Assembly (NCBI GenBank): GCA_041640595.1
Contig: JBEPZY010000001.1
Span: 576,001 to 640,000, forward strand
Length of the DNA: 64,000 nucleotides
Source: Gemmatales bacterium
GTDB lineage: Bacteria > Planctomycetota > Planctomycetia > Gemmatales > HRBIN36
Reading direction: 5' to 3'
Shown piece by piece: positions 50,635 through 62,018 of the stretch. Position 1 is the first letter of the stretch, and each line of letters opens with the position of its first letter. The translations under genes were made by a program, and so were the position numbers. Below the pieces are notes generated by a model. It had not been told where the DNA came from. It saw only the letters and a program-made list of their open reading frames with translations, and did not search any database.

Positions 50635-51943
50635 GCCAATTCGTCGCCCATTAGTGGGTATAATTCGTCCTCCCGGGTCGAAGAGCATAACCAATCGGGC
50701 TCTGATTCTGGGAGCCTTCAGTAGCCATGCGCGCCCGGTTAAATTATCCGGAGTTTTATTCAGTGAAGACACCGACTTGATGATCAAAGCTCTGCAAGAG
50801 CTGGGCTTCCAGGTCGAGGTTCGTTCGGACTATGGTGAGGTAGATATTAGAGCTCCGTCATCGGCACCAGTGATCCCGGCATCGCAAGCCGATCTCTTTT
50901 GCGGCAATTCCGGTACGACAATGCGTTTCTTGACTGCTGCTGTTAGCATTGGATGTGGCGTCTATCGTTTGGACGGTGTGCCGCGCATGCGAGAACGACC
51001 CATAGAGGATTTACTTGGTGCCCTACGGCAACTGGGTGTAGATGCCCTAAGCGAGCTTGGAACGGGATGTCCACCTGTTCGCGTCAAGACTCAAGGGTGG
51101 CGTAGCAACGCTACGGTCTGCATTCGCGGCGATGTATCCAGTCAGTTTATTAGCGCTCTTTTATTGGCTGCCCCCTGGTCGCGGGCTCACGTTAGCCTTC
51201 AAATTGTTGGCCAGCCAGTTTCTAAGCCTTATATCCTCATGACGCTTAGAATGTTAGAGCAATTTGGTGCTCATATAGTGCTTGAGGAAATCAATGGCCT
51301 CAGTAACCACACGGGACATTCGCAGGCGATGATTATACCGGAGCAAAATCCCTGTGGCATCCCTGCGTACACTATTGAACCGGATGCTACTGCTGCTACC
51401 TATTGGTGGGCGGCCGCAGCAATTACCGGCGGTACGGTCACTGTTACGGGGATTGGCACCGACAGCCTGCAAGGAGATGTTGCTTTTGTTGATATTCTTC
51501 AACAGATGGGCTGCCGCGTCGAGAAAGGTTCTAGCCAAATCACTGTTCACGGCGGGGAATTACACGGCGTTGAGGTGGATATGAACGCCATCAGCGACAC
51601 AGTTATGACACTGGCGGCAGTTGCCTGCTTTGCAGATAGCCCGACGCGCATTAGCAATGTCGCGCACATCCGCTACAAGGAAACCGACCGTATCTCCGCG
51701 TTGGCCTGTGAGCTTCGCCGACTTGGTGTGGAAGTGCGTGAGTTTGAAGATGGCCTGGAAATCCGACCTCGACCGATGCGGGGAGCTGTTTTAGAAACAT
51801 ACAACGATCATCGCATGGCCATGAGTCTGGCCCTGATTGGCTTACGTGTTCCGGGCATTGTCATCCGCGAGCCTGCCTGTGTGGTCAAAACTTATCCGCA
51901 TTTCTTTCAAGACTTAGAGCGATTGTGTGCGCCGTGCCGTTGA
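50579..51943 (+). CDS. aroA: EPSP synthase
   Basis: PGSKSITNRAL, GNSGTTMRF, SSQFISALL, KETDRI, DHRMAM, KTYPHFF; exact start uncertain (overlaps truA). Confidence 0.97.
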   Translation: MRSLTLPGIPNFPLLLQIEPIRRPLVGIIRPPGSKSITNRALILGAFSSHARPVKLSGVLFSEDTDLMIKALQELGFQVEVRSDYGEVDIRAPSSAPVIPASQADLFCGNSGTTMRFLTAAVSIGCGVYRLDGVPRMRERPIEDLLGALRQLGVDALSELGTGCPPVRVKTQGWRSNATVCIRGDVSSQFISALLLAAPWSRAHVSLQIVGQPVSKPYILMTLRMLEQFGAHIVLEEINGLSNHTGHSQAMIIPEQNPCGIPAYTIEPDATAATYWWAAAAITGGTVTVTGIGTDSLQGDVAFVDILQQMGCRVEKGSSQITVHGGELHGVEVDMNAISDTVMTLAAVACFADSPTRISNVAHIRYKETDRISALACELRRLGVEVREFEDGLEIRPRPMRGAVLETYNDHRMAMSLALIGLRVPGIVIREPACVVKTYPHFFQDLERLCAPCR

Positions 51944-52199
51944 TTTTGCTTGAGCACAGCTACGCGACACTAACATAGCGACAGAGGTCAGTAATTAAAA
52001 CGGCGAGTGGGAATATAAACCGAATCACGCTAGCTAATGTGCATCATGCCAGCCTTGGCGATAGCTGGAAGACCAAGTGGTTTGTGATAGTTCATAGTGC
52101 TGATTTACCAAGGCTGAGTGCGATTTCTCGATACTCTAAAAGGGTTACGTTTTACCTAGGTTCTTCCAAGCCGATAAATGGTCGGGCTCATGGTGGGAA

Positions 52200-53921
52200 T
52201 CATTTGTGCCGTTTTTTGAAGAGTTGAAGGACATGGGCGAGTGTTCTCGAGTTGAGCACATTCGATTTTTCGAGCCAACCGCGTCGCGCGACATCCAATG
52301 CGTAACGCACATATCGTAATTCCGTGGTACTGTGGGCATCAGGATTAAGCACGAGCATTACGCCAAGAGATTTCGCATGTTTGACGTGAACCCAGTCCAG
52401 TTCCATGCGATCGGGTTGACCATTAATCTCGATCATGACCTTATTTTCTGCCGCAATCTTGAGCACCTGATCTAAATCCAACGGATAGCCATCGCGTCGC
52501 AGAAGTAATCGGCCCGTAGCATGACCAAGCATAGTCACTTTTGGATGTTGCATCGCGCGAACAATTCGGCGTGTCATTTCCTCTTTCGACATGTTGAAAT
52601 GGCTGTGCACACTAATAACTACGTAATCAAACTGCTCTAACAATTCGTCTGGATAATCCAGTCGGCCGTCGGGTAGAACATCGCATTCGGTTCCTTTGAG
52701 AATCCGGAAATCTTTCCATTTTTTGTTGAGGCGATCAATCTCCGCAAATTGCTGGCGGACGCGATCGGGGTCTAAGCCACGCGCAACGCCCAGCGACTGT
52801 GAGTGATCGGCTATTCCTAGGTATTGCCAACCCATCTCACGGGCTGCTTCGGCCATTTCTTCAAGGCTATTGCGGCCATCACTCCAGTCGGTATGACAGT
52901 GGAAGGTTCCATGAAGGTCTTTCCATTCGACCAGCTTAGGGAGGCGATGTTCTGCCGCAGCCTCGATTTCTCCAGTGTTTTCTCTAAGCTCCGGCGGAAT
53001 ATAGTCGAGTTTCAAGGCGTGAAAGATGTCTGCTTCGTCTTTAGCGCGTATAGCGCCCTTTTCACCTTCGAGACCGTATTCATTGAGTTTCAGGCCGAAT
53101 TGTTGTGCTCGGGCTCGCATGGCAATGTTATGTTCCTTACTACCAGTAAAATAATGCAGGGCAAACGGAAATTGCTCGTCACTAACAACGCGGAGATCGC
53201 AGTTCAAACCGTTTTCTAATACCACACTTGATTTCGTTTCGCCGTGTGCGGTGACCTGAATAACTTCCGGCAGGCTGACAAACTTATCCATGACAATTTT
53301 CGGGTGATTGGAACTGACCAGAATATCTAAGTCGCCCACTGTCTCTTTGCGACGTCGCAGGCTGCCGCATGCCTGGATGCGGATTATTTCTTTGAGTTTA
53401 CGAAGCTCGCCGCAAATGCGATCTGCTAGGTACTCGGCTTCCGCTAATAAGACGCGTTTGCCTGTTTTATCGAGGAAAGCAAGTCCTTCGAGGATTTTTT
53501 GCTGCGTTTTTTCGCCAAACCCTCGGAGTTTAGCAACCCGGCCCTCCTGGCAAGCCTGGCGGAGCTTACTTAGTGAATCAATACCCAGGTTATCGTATAA
53601 GGCTTTAGCTTTCTTCGGCCCTAACCCAGGCACGCGAAGCAACTCCAGCAAACCGGCAGGGATTTCCCGACGCAGTTCCTCGTATTGTTCGAGACGTCCG
53701 GTTTTATAGAGCGTCTCAATTTTCTGAGCCAGGTCTTTGCCAATCCCGGGAATTTCCGTCAGTCGCTTTTGCTCGATCCACTCGCCTAAGTCACCTTCGA
53801 GCTGAGCGATAGCCCTGGCAGCGTTATGGTATGCCTGGCAGCGAAACGGATTTTCTCCCTTTAGTTCGAGAAAAGTACCTATCTCATCAAGGATAGCGGC
53901 AATACGCATTTTATCGAGCAT
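52200..53921 (-). CDS. polX: family X DNA polymerase with PHP domain
   Basis: GENPFR..AY, GSLRR.KETVGDLD, FTGSKEHN, HCHTDWSDG, DAHS. Confidence 0.96.
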   Translation of the reverse strand: MLDKMRIAAILDEIGTFLELKGENPFRCQAYHNAARAIAQLEGDLGEWIEQKRLTEIPGIGKDLAQKIETLYKTGRLEQYEELRREIPAGLLELLRVPGLGPKKAKALYDNLGIDSLSKLRQACQEGRVAKLRGFGEKTQQKILEGLAFLDKTGKRVLLAEAEYLADRICGELRKLKEIIRIQACGSLRRRKETVGDLDILVSSNHPKIVMDKFVSLPEVIQVTAHGETKSSVVLENGLNCDLRVVSDEQFPFALHYFTGSKEHNIAMRARAQQFGLKLNEYGLEGEKGAIRAKDEADIFHALKLDYIPPELRENTGEIEAAAEHRLPKLVEWKDLHGTFHCHTDWSDGRNSLEEMAEAAREMGWQYLGIADHSQSLGVARGLDPDRVRQQFAEIDRLNKKWKDFRILKGTECDVLPDGRLDYPDELLEQFDYVVISVHSHFNMSKEEMTRRIVRAMQHPKVTMLGHATGRLLLRRDGYPLDLDQVLKIAAENKVMIEINGQPDRMELDWVHVKHAKSLGVMLVLNPDAHSTTELRYVRYALDVARRGWLEKSNVLNSRTLAHVLQLFKKRHK

Positions 53922-54479
53922 GGCCGTTTATCCTTTTCGAGTTAATGGCAATGGAGCGTCGCATAAGCAGCGGGAAAAATTATTCGTCGCCTGCGCAGCT
54001 GGCCCAGGTACAGCATGCCGCGTAATCATTTCAGTGTTACGATAGTCCCCAGTGCGGGCGAATCAAGTGGGTCAGGAGACTACTGCAATGCCGATGGTAC
54101 TATCGAAGAAATTGCGCAAGCCCGGGATATCGCAGGGATAAGATGAGCCGAGCGAAGCTCAGCGAGAAGTGGTTAATTCAATACCACGCGTGGGTTGGGC
54201 TGCCTGGCTAAGGATAAAGCCCGTCGTTAGCCGAGACTTCTGGTTTAGCGCTGCACGATATGAAGCTGCACCGTGTGAGTTGTTATTGGCGCAGGTACTC
54301 AATACTCGAGGGCGCGGTTTATTCGGGTTTGCGGGTCATATCTGTCGGGCACCGGAACCGGTTGGCGCCTGTAAACCAAGGAGCCAGAGCTTGCGGCTTC
54401 GGTCGCCTTTTTCTGTCTCCACTCAAATCTTGCCACAAACTCACCAAAGGTTGTAGTTTCGGTTAGTTCTTGCTCCGGG

Positions 54480-55076
54480 TTAGGTACGTGGAACAAGCCA
54501 ATCTTTAATCCACTCTGGTTGCAATCGGCGACCTGTGACGACATACAGCCAGGTCTGGTAGTGGTAGAGAGTCATTGTCAAGCCATTGCCTTTTCCGCTA
54601 CGCTTGAGCAAATATACGACTCCCTGACAGCGGAATGCAGTTTTGCAAAGTTGATTGCTTATATTACCGGCATTACTAATTACCACTGGCGTTCGGCGGT
54701 GCAAGTGAATACATTCGACGAGGCATGTGAAATCTTTGTCGCCAGTGACCACAGCAACTGTCTGCGGGGAGTAAGGAAGCGCCTTCATGGCATCATGCGT
54801 AATCGCATCATCCACGGTGATGGAGCTGGTGTCCACGTTGATGATTTGCAGCGGCTGTTCCAAAGGTGCTGCGAATCGGACCAGCAAATTTTTGTTCACA
54901 TACGTACGCACGTAGCGAACTGGTCCGTGCCGCTCGCTTAGGTGATGGGCCATGTGATACAAGTGCTCCGGGGTCAACCAAGAAACGTTCTCAAGGTCCA
55001 CATAGACCACTACTCCAGGAAGAACGGGCCGGGTTGGCTGTGAGGTGGTTGAATAGGTAAAGGTCGAGCCAGTCAT
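54480..55076 (-). CDS. NYN (LabA/DUF88, PIN-like) domain protein
   Basis: VYVDLENV, VDDAI, VVTGDKDF..LV; AAGGAG SD. Confidence 0.75.
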   Translation of the reverse strand: MTGSTFTYSTTSQPTRPVLPGVVVYVDLENVSWLTPEHLYHMAHHLSERHGPVRYVRTYVNKNLLVRFAAPLEQPLQIINVDTSSITVDDAITHDAMKALPYSPQTVAVVTGDKDFTCLVECIHLHRRTPVVISNAGNISNQLCKTAFRCQGVVYLLKRSGKGNGLTMTLYHYQTWLYVVTGRRLQPEWIKDWLVPRT

Positions 55077-55292
55077 AGATACTCCTTTTTTGATAAGGCG
55101 ATCGGGCTCTTCCTGTATGGGTTAACGCCGTGTAGGGACAGTATGTGACAGCTTGCAAATGAGTTTTTGGCTAACTTCCAGCAAGGGACAAATCACCACA
55201 ACAGCGTTACTGCTATGCTTGGACGTAACTCCTTTTGGAAATTACAGTTGCGAAAACCACGCCAGGGCAGGTGCGCGAAAGAGGAACGGGAC

Positions 55293-55323
55293 AAAAAAAG
55301 GGGCAGCATCGAAAGCTGCCCCT
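55293..55323 (-). terminator. intrinsic terminator of groEL
   Basis: 9-bp stem AGGGGCAGC/GCTGCCCCT, 7-nt loop, T-run on minus strand. Confidence 0.9.
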
Positions 55324-55368
55324 CGCTAATGCGGTTCGGTTGTCGAAAGGCTCTAAGGAGCCGCGAAA

Positions 55369-56994
<1,626 letters not shown>

Positions 56995-57206
56995 TTATCC
57001 TCTCCTCTCCAAGATTAGCTCCCCGAAGTTGGATGGTTTCCTGTTTCGGCTAGCGATATGCGAGCCGCTTCAGACGCAGCTCAATTTCCAGCGGTCAATT
57101 TCTCCCAAGAAAAGCACCGCCATTTATGGGCGATGTATCGGAAAACAACGCCGCACAGGCATAAGCTAAAGCAGCAGGATGGCCGCGAAATCCCAGAGCC
57201 GGTCGC

Positions 57207-57497
57207 TTATTCCTCAACGATAGCGAGCACATCCTCTTCGCGCATCAGCAGCACTTTTTCACCGTCCAGTTCAAATTCATCACCGGCATAAGCGCTGAAA
57301 AGGATCGTGTCGCCCTTTTTGACCTGCAACTCGACACGACGCCCATCTTTGAGCAGTCGGCCGTCTCCGACGGCGATAACCTTGCCAATTTGCGGTTTCT
57401 CTTTGGCGGTGTCCGGCAAGATTATGCCGCCCTTTGTCTTTTCGCCAGCTTCCTGTCGTTTGACTACGAGTTTGTCTCCCAGAGGCTTCAGGGTCAT
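57207..57497 (-). CDS. groES: co-chaperonin GroES
   Basis: [38 protein letters not shown]. Confidence 0.98.
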   Translation of the reverse strand: MTLKPLGDKLVVKRQEAGEKTKGGIILPDTAKEKPQIGKVIAVGDGRLLKDGRRVELQVKKGDTILFSAYAGDEFELDGEKVLLMREEDVLAIVEE

Positions 57498-57571
57498 AGT
57501 CGCTCCCGCTCCTTTCTTACCAAAATGCTCCTTACACCGAAGCTCGCTACAGATAGAGTGCCGCGGAAAGT

Positions 57572-57587
57572 AGCAAAACAGATGCCC
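57572..57587 (-). promoter_or_regulatory. putative sigma54 (-24/-12) promoter of groESL
   Basis: Minus strand GGGCATC-TGTT-TTGCT with GG-N10-GC spacing. Confidence 0.55.
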
Positions 57588-57780
57588 GATCGGGAACAAT
57601 GGGTAAGTCTTTGCATGGTAATGACTTACGTTTTTCCTGGGTTGTCATTGGTTTGGCCTAAGGCTGCCAGGACGAAAAGGTGCTTACGCGACAACTGCCA
57701 GGCTGGCAGCCTGTTACCCCGAAGGCTTCCAACGCGAGTCGGCGGTCTGGCACGCGGTTGGACTTTTAGCTGACGGGACT

Positions 57781-59064
57781 TCACACCGAAGGTTCCCAAC
57801 CCTTGTGATACTCACGCGACCACAGCTGCTGCGCCTCGGTATCGCCAATAATGGCCCCATTTTTGGGGTCGCAACGTAAGGTACGCCCCAGGCGGTAGGC
57901 GATATTGCCCAGATGGCAGGGCAGGGTGCTTTTATGGCCTTCCTCGATTTCGCTGTTCAACCGCTGACCGTTCCGAACTGCCTCAAGGAAGTTCCGCACG
58001 TGAACGGCATCCGAGACAGTTCCTGTGGCCTGATCAACGACCTTACCATCCAGGCTGTAAATCGTATAGCTCGCCCTTCGGATCACAAGCGTCCCCTTTT
58101 CGCCCGTGAACAAAACGTCGGGTGGCTGGAGACCTGGAAGAGGATTGCAGCTGGTTCCGTGCCATACGATTTGCTTGTTGCCGGGATAAAGGAAGGCGGC
58201 GGTGTGCGTGTCCGGAGTTTCCTGGTCGTCATCGTAGTGGAACCGACCGCCAGAGGATGTTACCTGGATCGGGTAATCTACCTGCAATCCCCAGCGGCAC
58301 AGGTCAATCATGTGCACGCCGTTATTGCCAAGTTCTCCATTGCCCCAGTGCCAGAACCAGTGCCAGTTGTAATGCACGACGTTGCTGCGGAAGGGACGGC
58401 GAGGAGCCGGCCCTTGCCACAGCTCATAGTCGAGCCATTCGGGTGGCTGGGTTTGCTGACCCCGACCGATACTCGGCCGACGATTGGTGTACCAGGACTG
58501 GGCCTGATAAACCCGGCCAATTGCTCCCTGATGAAGCGCTGCGATCGCCTGCTGAATAACTGGCCAGCTGCGACGCTGATTGCCCATCTGGACGCATCGT
58601 TTATACTTCCTGGCGGCCGCGACCATCCATTCCCCTTCTTGCGGCGTATGACTGCACGGCTTTTCCACGTACACATGCTTGCCTGCTTTGCATCCCAGGA
58701 TAGTAGCAGCGGCGTGCCAGTGATTGCAGGTGGCAACTACCAACGCATCCACTTGCTTATCATCCAGAATCCGACGAAAGTCAATAACTCCCTGGGGTAC
58801 TCGGTCGCGGATTTTGCGCACTTCCTCAATACCTCTCTCAGTTCGCCGCCGGTCAACGTCACACACGTAAAGCACCTGGGCGTCTGGCTGCTGTTCAAAA
58901 GTCCGGGCCAGCGACAGACCGCGGCTGAGCCCCATGACAGCTACGGCCACTCTTTCGTTGGCTCCTAACACACGCGAGTGCGCCGCCTGAGCCATCCAAA
59001 ACCAACCGATGCCCGCCGCCGAGCTTTGCCACAAGAACTGCCTGCGACTCACAGATCTCGCCAT
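57781..59064 (-). CDS. Tat-exported Gfo/Idh/MocA oxidoreductase
   Basis: SRRQFL Tat motif, GKHVYVEKP, QMGNQRRS, W.GPAP, GVHMID. Confidence 0.95.
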   Translation of the reverse strand: MARSVSRRQFLWQSSAAGIGWFWMAQAAHSRVLGANERVAVAVMGLSRGLSLARTFEQQPDAQVLYVCDVDRRRTERGIEEVRKIRDRVPQGVIDFRRILDDKQVDALVVATCNHWHAAATILGCKAGKHVYVEKPCSHTPQEGEWMVAAARKYKRCVQMGNQRRSWPVIQQAIAALHQGAIGRVYQAQSWYTNRRPSIGRGQQTQPPEWLDYELWQGPAPRRPFRSNVVHYNWHWFWHWGNGELGNNGVHMIDLCRWGLQVDYPIQVTSSGGRFHYDDDQETPDTHTAAFLYPGNKQIVWHGTSCNPLPGLQPPDVLFTGEKGTLVIRRASYTIYSLDGKVVDQATGTVSDAVHVRNFLEAVRNGQRLNSEIEEGHKSTLPCHLGNIAYRLGRTLRCDPKNGAIIGDTEAQQLWSREYHKGWEPSV

Positions 59065-59239
59065 GGTTTGACTCCTTGTTTAGCTTTCCACCCTACCTGT
59101 CGGAAATCCGCTAGTCCTCATTGTATGTAACTGAAGCCTGGAGGGACTGGGAGTTGAAACATGCGGAACCTGGCCGACCGCTTACGCGGTGAAGCTCTCC
59201 GACATGCTTCCACTATGAGAGGCAGAACGTTTCCTGGAG

Positions 59240-60145
59240 TTAGGATAGGCGGGTCAATTCTCGAGCCAGCCTGGCTGCGAGGCAGGCGTTTTGTATGAGT
59301 AGCGCCCGATTAACAGCCAAACTGCGACCCTGAGTTAGCTCCGCCAGACGACGGAGTATGAAGGGAGTTAGCTGCGGACCACCAAGGCGAGCAGATGCTG
59401 ATTCTTTCAGCGCTTGTCGCAGGGCGGTTTCATGTTCCTCCCAGGAGAGCGATTGCGGCGGGGGTACCGCCAGTACGACGCCTTTGCCGCCCAGTTGCCA
59501 ATGCTGTGTAATGATAGGAGCCAGCTCCGAAAGGTCGTGGCACGAATTCGGACTTTCGATACCGCTGTCGGCCAGCAAGAACGCTGGCCAGATTGAAGTT
59601 CCCCAGCTGAAGACCGGAACACCTAGGGTTTCCAGTGCCTCAAGCGTTGCGCGTGTGTCCATGAGACTCTTGGCACCGCTGCATACGACTGCAATGGCGT
59701 GCCGCGAGAGTGCGACCAAATCAGCCGAGACGTCGATAAAATCGGCCTGGCCGCGATGCACGCCCCCGATGCCTCCGGTAGCCAGGACACGAATTCCGAC
59801 CTGTTCCGCGATCATCAGCGACGCAGCTACTGTCAACCCCGCAGTTTCCCCGCAAACTAAACAGGCAGACAGGTCTCGAGCACTGCACTTGCGAACTGAT
59901 TCGCCACGAGCCAGGTTTTCGAGCAACTCCTCACTGAGACCGACGTGGATGCGACCGCGTATGACGGCCAGCATTGCCGGTACCGCGTCCGATTGGCGAA
60001 CAGCAGCGAGCATCGCCCGTGCAGTCTCCAGGTTCGCCGGTCGCGGCAAGCCGTGGGTCAGAAACGCCGACTCCAGTGCTACCACCGGTTTGCCCTGTTG
60101 CAGGGCTGCTTGAACGGCGTCGTCAATGTACCAGTATTGCCCCAT
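59240..60145 (-). CDS. psuG: pseudouridine-5'-phosphate glycosidase
   Basis: PVVALES...HGLPRP.N, ATGGIGGVHRG, DVSADL, CSGAKS, LTPFIL. Confidence 0.93.
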   Translation of the reverse strand: MGQYWYIDDAVQAALQQGKPVVALESAFLTHGLPRPANLETARAMLAAVRQSDAVPAMLAVIRGRIHVGLSEELLENLARGESVRKCSARDLSACLVCGETAGLTVAASLMIAEQVGIRVLATGGIGGVHRGQADFIDVSADLVALSRHAIAVVCSGAKSLMDTRATLEALETLGVPVFSWGTSIWPAFLLADSGIESPNSCHDLSELAPIITQHWQLGGKGVVLAVPPPQSLSWEEHETALRQALKESASARLGGPQLTPFILRRLAELTQGRSLAVNRALLIQNACLAARLARELTRLS

Positions 60146-60217
60146 GTGTGCCGATGCTCCGTTTTTCCGAAACGTACCGGGGGTAAGCTTCCCGCGGGGA
60201 AATCGTCCTAAGGCTGA

Positions 60218-60296
60218 ATATATGCCGGGGCTGCCCTCGGAAATTGTGCATCGCCAAGTGCAGTGGTAATCACCGCAGCCAGATATATGCCGGGGC
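60218..60296. repeat. 14-bp perfect direct repeat pair
   Basis: ATATATGCCGGGGC at 60218-60231 and 60283-60296. Confidence 0.7.
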
Positions 60297-60457
60297 GATC
60301 GCCCGCTACAGCCGCAGATTTTATACACTTCAATCGAACTGCCCGCCGATCGCCAGGCACGCCTTTTTCGGTTCACGTGGATGAAGCAACGCGACAAGGC
60401 ACTATGATCGCTGACAACGGACAGTCTGCAACCCATCCAGCAAGCGTTTTTAGCATG

Positions 60458-61168
60458 TCAGTGCAAGTGGGTGGTGCGTGGATGACTCGGTATTTCCAAA
60501 GCGCGTAACACACGTGGGCTGAAAGGTTCAACAGGAGCAAGCCAGTTCTGCTCCACAGCTACCAGGTAAGCAGCGGCAAGTAAGCAGGTCCAGCAAAAGA
60601 TATTTGCCACGGGCGATGAGCCGAAGAGCTTGAGGGGACCGCCCAACCGCGACGTCATACCGTTTCGCACTGAGCGCAAATCCCACACTGCGTCCAGCAG
60701 CAGATGCGAGAGATAGCCGAGGCTCATAGCCGCTGCGACCGTCCAGCGAGCCGGCAGTTCGGCGGAATCGTAAAGAAGGAAAACCAGTTCGCCAGCCAGT
60801 ATGGCCGCAGGTAGGCTGTGGAACATCCCGCGGTGAACAGTCAGCCAGGCGAAAAATTGTGCGGCGACATATCGCGTAAACAAGTATGCAGCGGCTGCCA
60901 GAAGCAGTGAAATTTCTGTGGAAACCGACACGTGCCGGTGGAAGCGGTGCAAGGTTACAATAGCGGCCACGGAGCCCAGCAAATGAAACAATTCTCGGAC
61001 GGGCTTGCTGGAGTCGGAATCCAAATCCGGCAGTATCCCACCGAAAGTACACACCGCCGCTGCCAATGCTGCTTCTGGAGCATTGACGTAACCGGCATGG
61101 GCTAATGTCGCGCCGTAAGCCACCCCTGTGCACGCCGAGACCAACAGGTGTTGATGAAATGCCGCCAC
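60458..61168 (-). CDS. membrane metal-dependent hydrolase (YdjM/DUF457-like)
   Basis: AFHQH, ILPDLDS, HRGMFHS, GYLSHLLLD; GTG start with AGGAGG SD. Confidence 0.85.
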   Translation of the reverse strand: MAAFHQHLLVSACTGVAYGATLAHAGYVNAPEAALAAAVCTFGGILPDLDSDSSKPVRELFHLLGSVAAIVTLHRFHRHVSVSTEISLLLAAAAYLFTRYVAAQFFAWLTVHRGMFHSLPAAILAGELVFLLYDSAELPARWTVAAAMSLGYLSHLLLDAVWDLRSVRNGMTSRLGGPLKLFGSSPVANIFCWTCLLAAAYLVAVEQNWLAPVEPFSPRVLRALEIPSHPRTTHLH

Positions 61169-61510
61169 GGTAATTCCTCCTGTAACGGGTAGCAGTTCAC
61201 CGACCACCAAGCCGACCGAAGCAGCTACGCCGACGGTCCTAGTTTGAGTTTAGGATTACCGGCATCGCAGTCATCACCTGCTTCCGCGGGCAGTTTCCCG
61301 GGCCTGCCTGGGAAAATGTGCGCTGGTCGGGTAAGAGCGACTGACGGGTTGTCTCTATAACCGCTCGGGGAATTTGACGCAACCCGAAGAGGTTACAGAA
61401 AGCGACGGGGAATTCCCTTCGACTAAGCCGGCTGAACGGAGCCTTCTACCACAAGGACTGAAAACTTCCAAGTAGGCAATCACGGGTGCCGATAAACTTT
61501 GCACAATGCC

Positions 61511-61539
61511 TTGACTTTATTCAGGTGGGAACGTAACTT
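61511..61539 (+). promoter_or_regulatory. putative sigma70-type promoter
   Basis: TTGACT-N17-TAACTT upstream of 61596. Confidence 0.5.
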
Positions 61540-61595
61540 CAATTGGACAGTTTTGAAGCGATTGCGAAACTCCGGAGCCGGAGGACGAGGCCACA

Positions 61596-62018
61596 ATGAA
61601 AAAAGACCACCCTAAAGAGCCCACCAGGAAAGCTGAGTCCAAGAAGGCAGTTGGTCTGAAACCCCAGGAAGTAGAGCACTTCCGAAAACTGCTCCTGGAT
61701 CTGCGTAACCGATATATGCAGAAAATGGGTGAGCTTGCGGAGGAAGCCTTGACCCCCGAGGCGGCGGGTATGTCGGCATCTCCGAGTCATCTGGGCGACG
61801 TCGGCTCGGATTACTACAGCCAGGAACTTTCGCTCGACCTTATAGAAAATGAACGCGCTGCGTTGTATGAAATTGAGGAAGCTTTGAGGCGGCTGGAGCA
61901 GGGCACCTACGGAGTTTGCGAAGAATGTGGCCAGCCGATTGCCCGTGAACGGCTAGAGCTTTTGCCTTATACTCGCTATTGCATCCAGTGTGCCAGGAAA
62001 ATAGAAGCGGGCCAGTGA
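61596..62018 (+). CDS. DksA/TraR family C4 zinc-finger protein
   Basis: Coiled coil then GTYGVCEECG.PI..ERL..LP....CIQC. Confidence 0.92.
   Translation: MKKDHPKEPTRKAESKKAVGLKPQEVEHFRKLLLDLRNRYMQKMGELAEEALTPEAAGMSASPSHLGDVGSDYYSQELSLDLIENERAALYEIEEALRRLEQGTYGVCEECGQPIARERLELLPYTRYCIQCARKIEAGQ

Noticed and set aside
52050..52116. 9-bp inverted repeat between aroA and polX
   Set aside because: Long loop and no U-tract; may be chance
57534..57564. CIRCE element upstream of groES
   Set aside because: Only one half-site (GGCACTC); the second half at N9 does not match
57913..58968. 351-aa plus-strand ORF
   Set aside because: Antisense shadow of the Gfo/Idh/MocA gene; no recognisable motifs
60146..60436. 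N-terminal extension of psuG, and the twin repeat as a mini-CRISPR
   Set aside because: Family similarity begins at 60145; only two 14-bp copies and no cas genes
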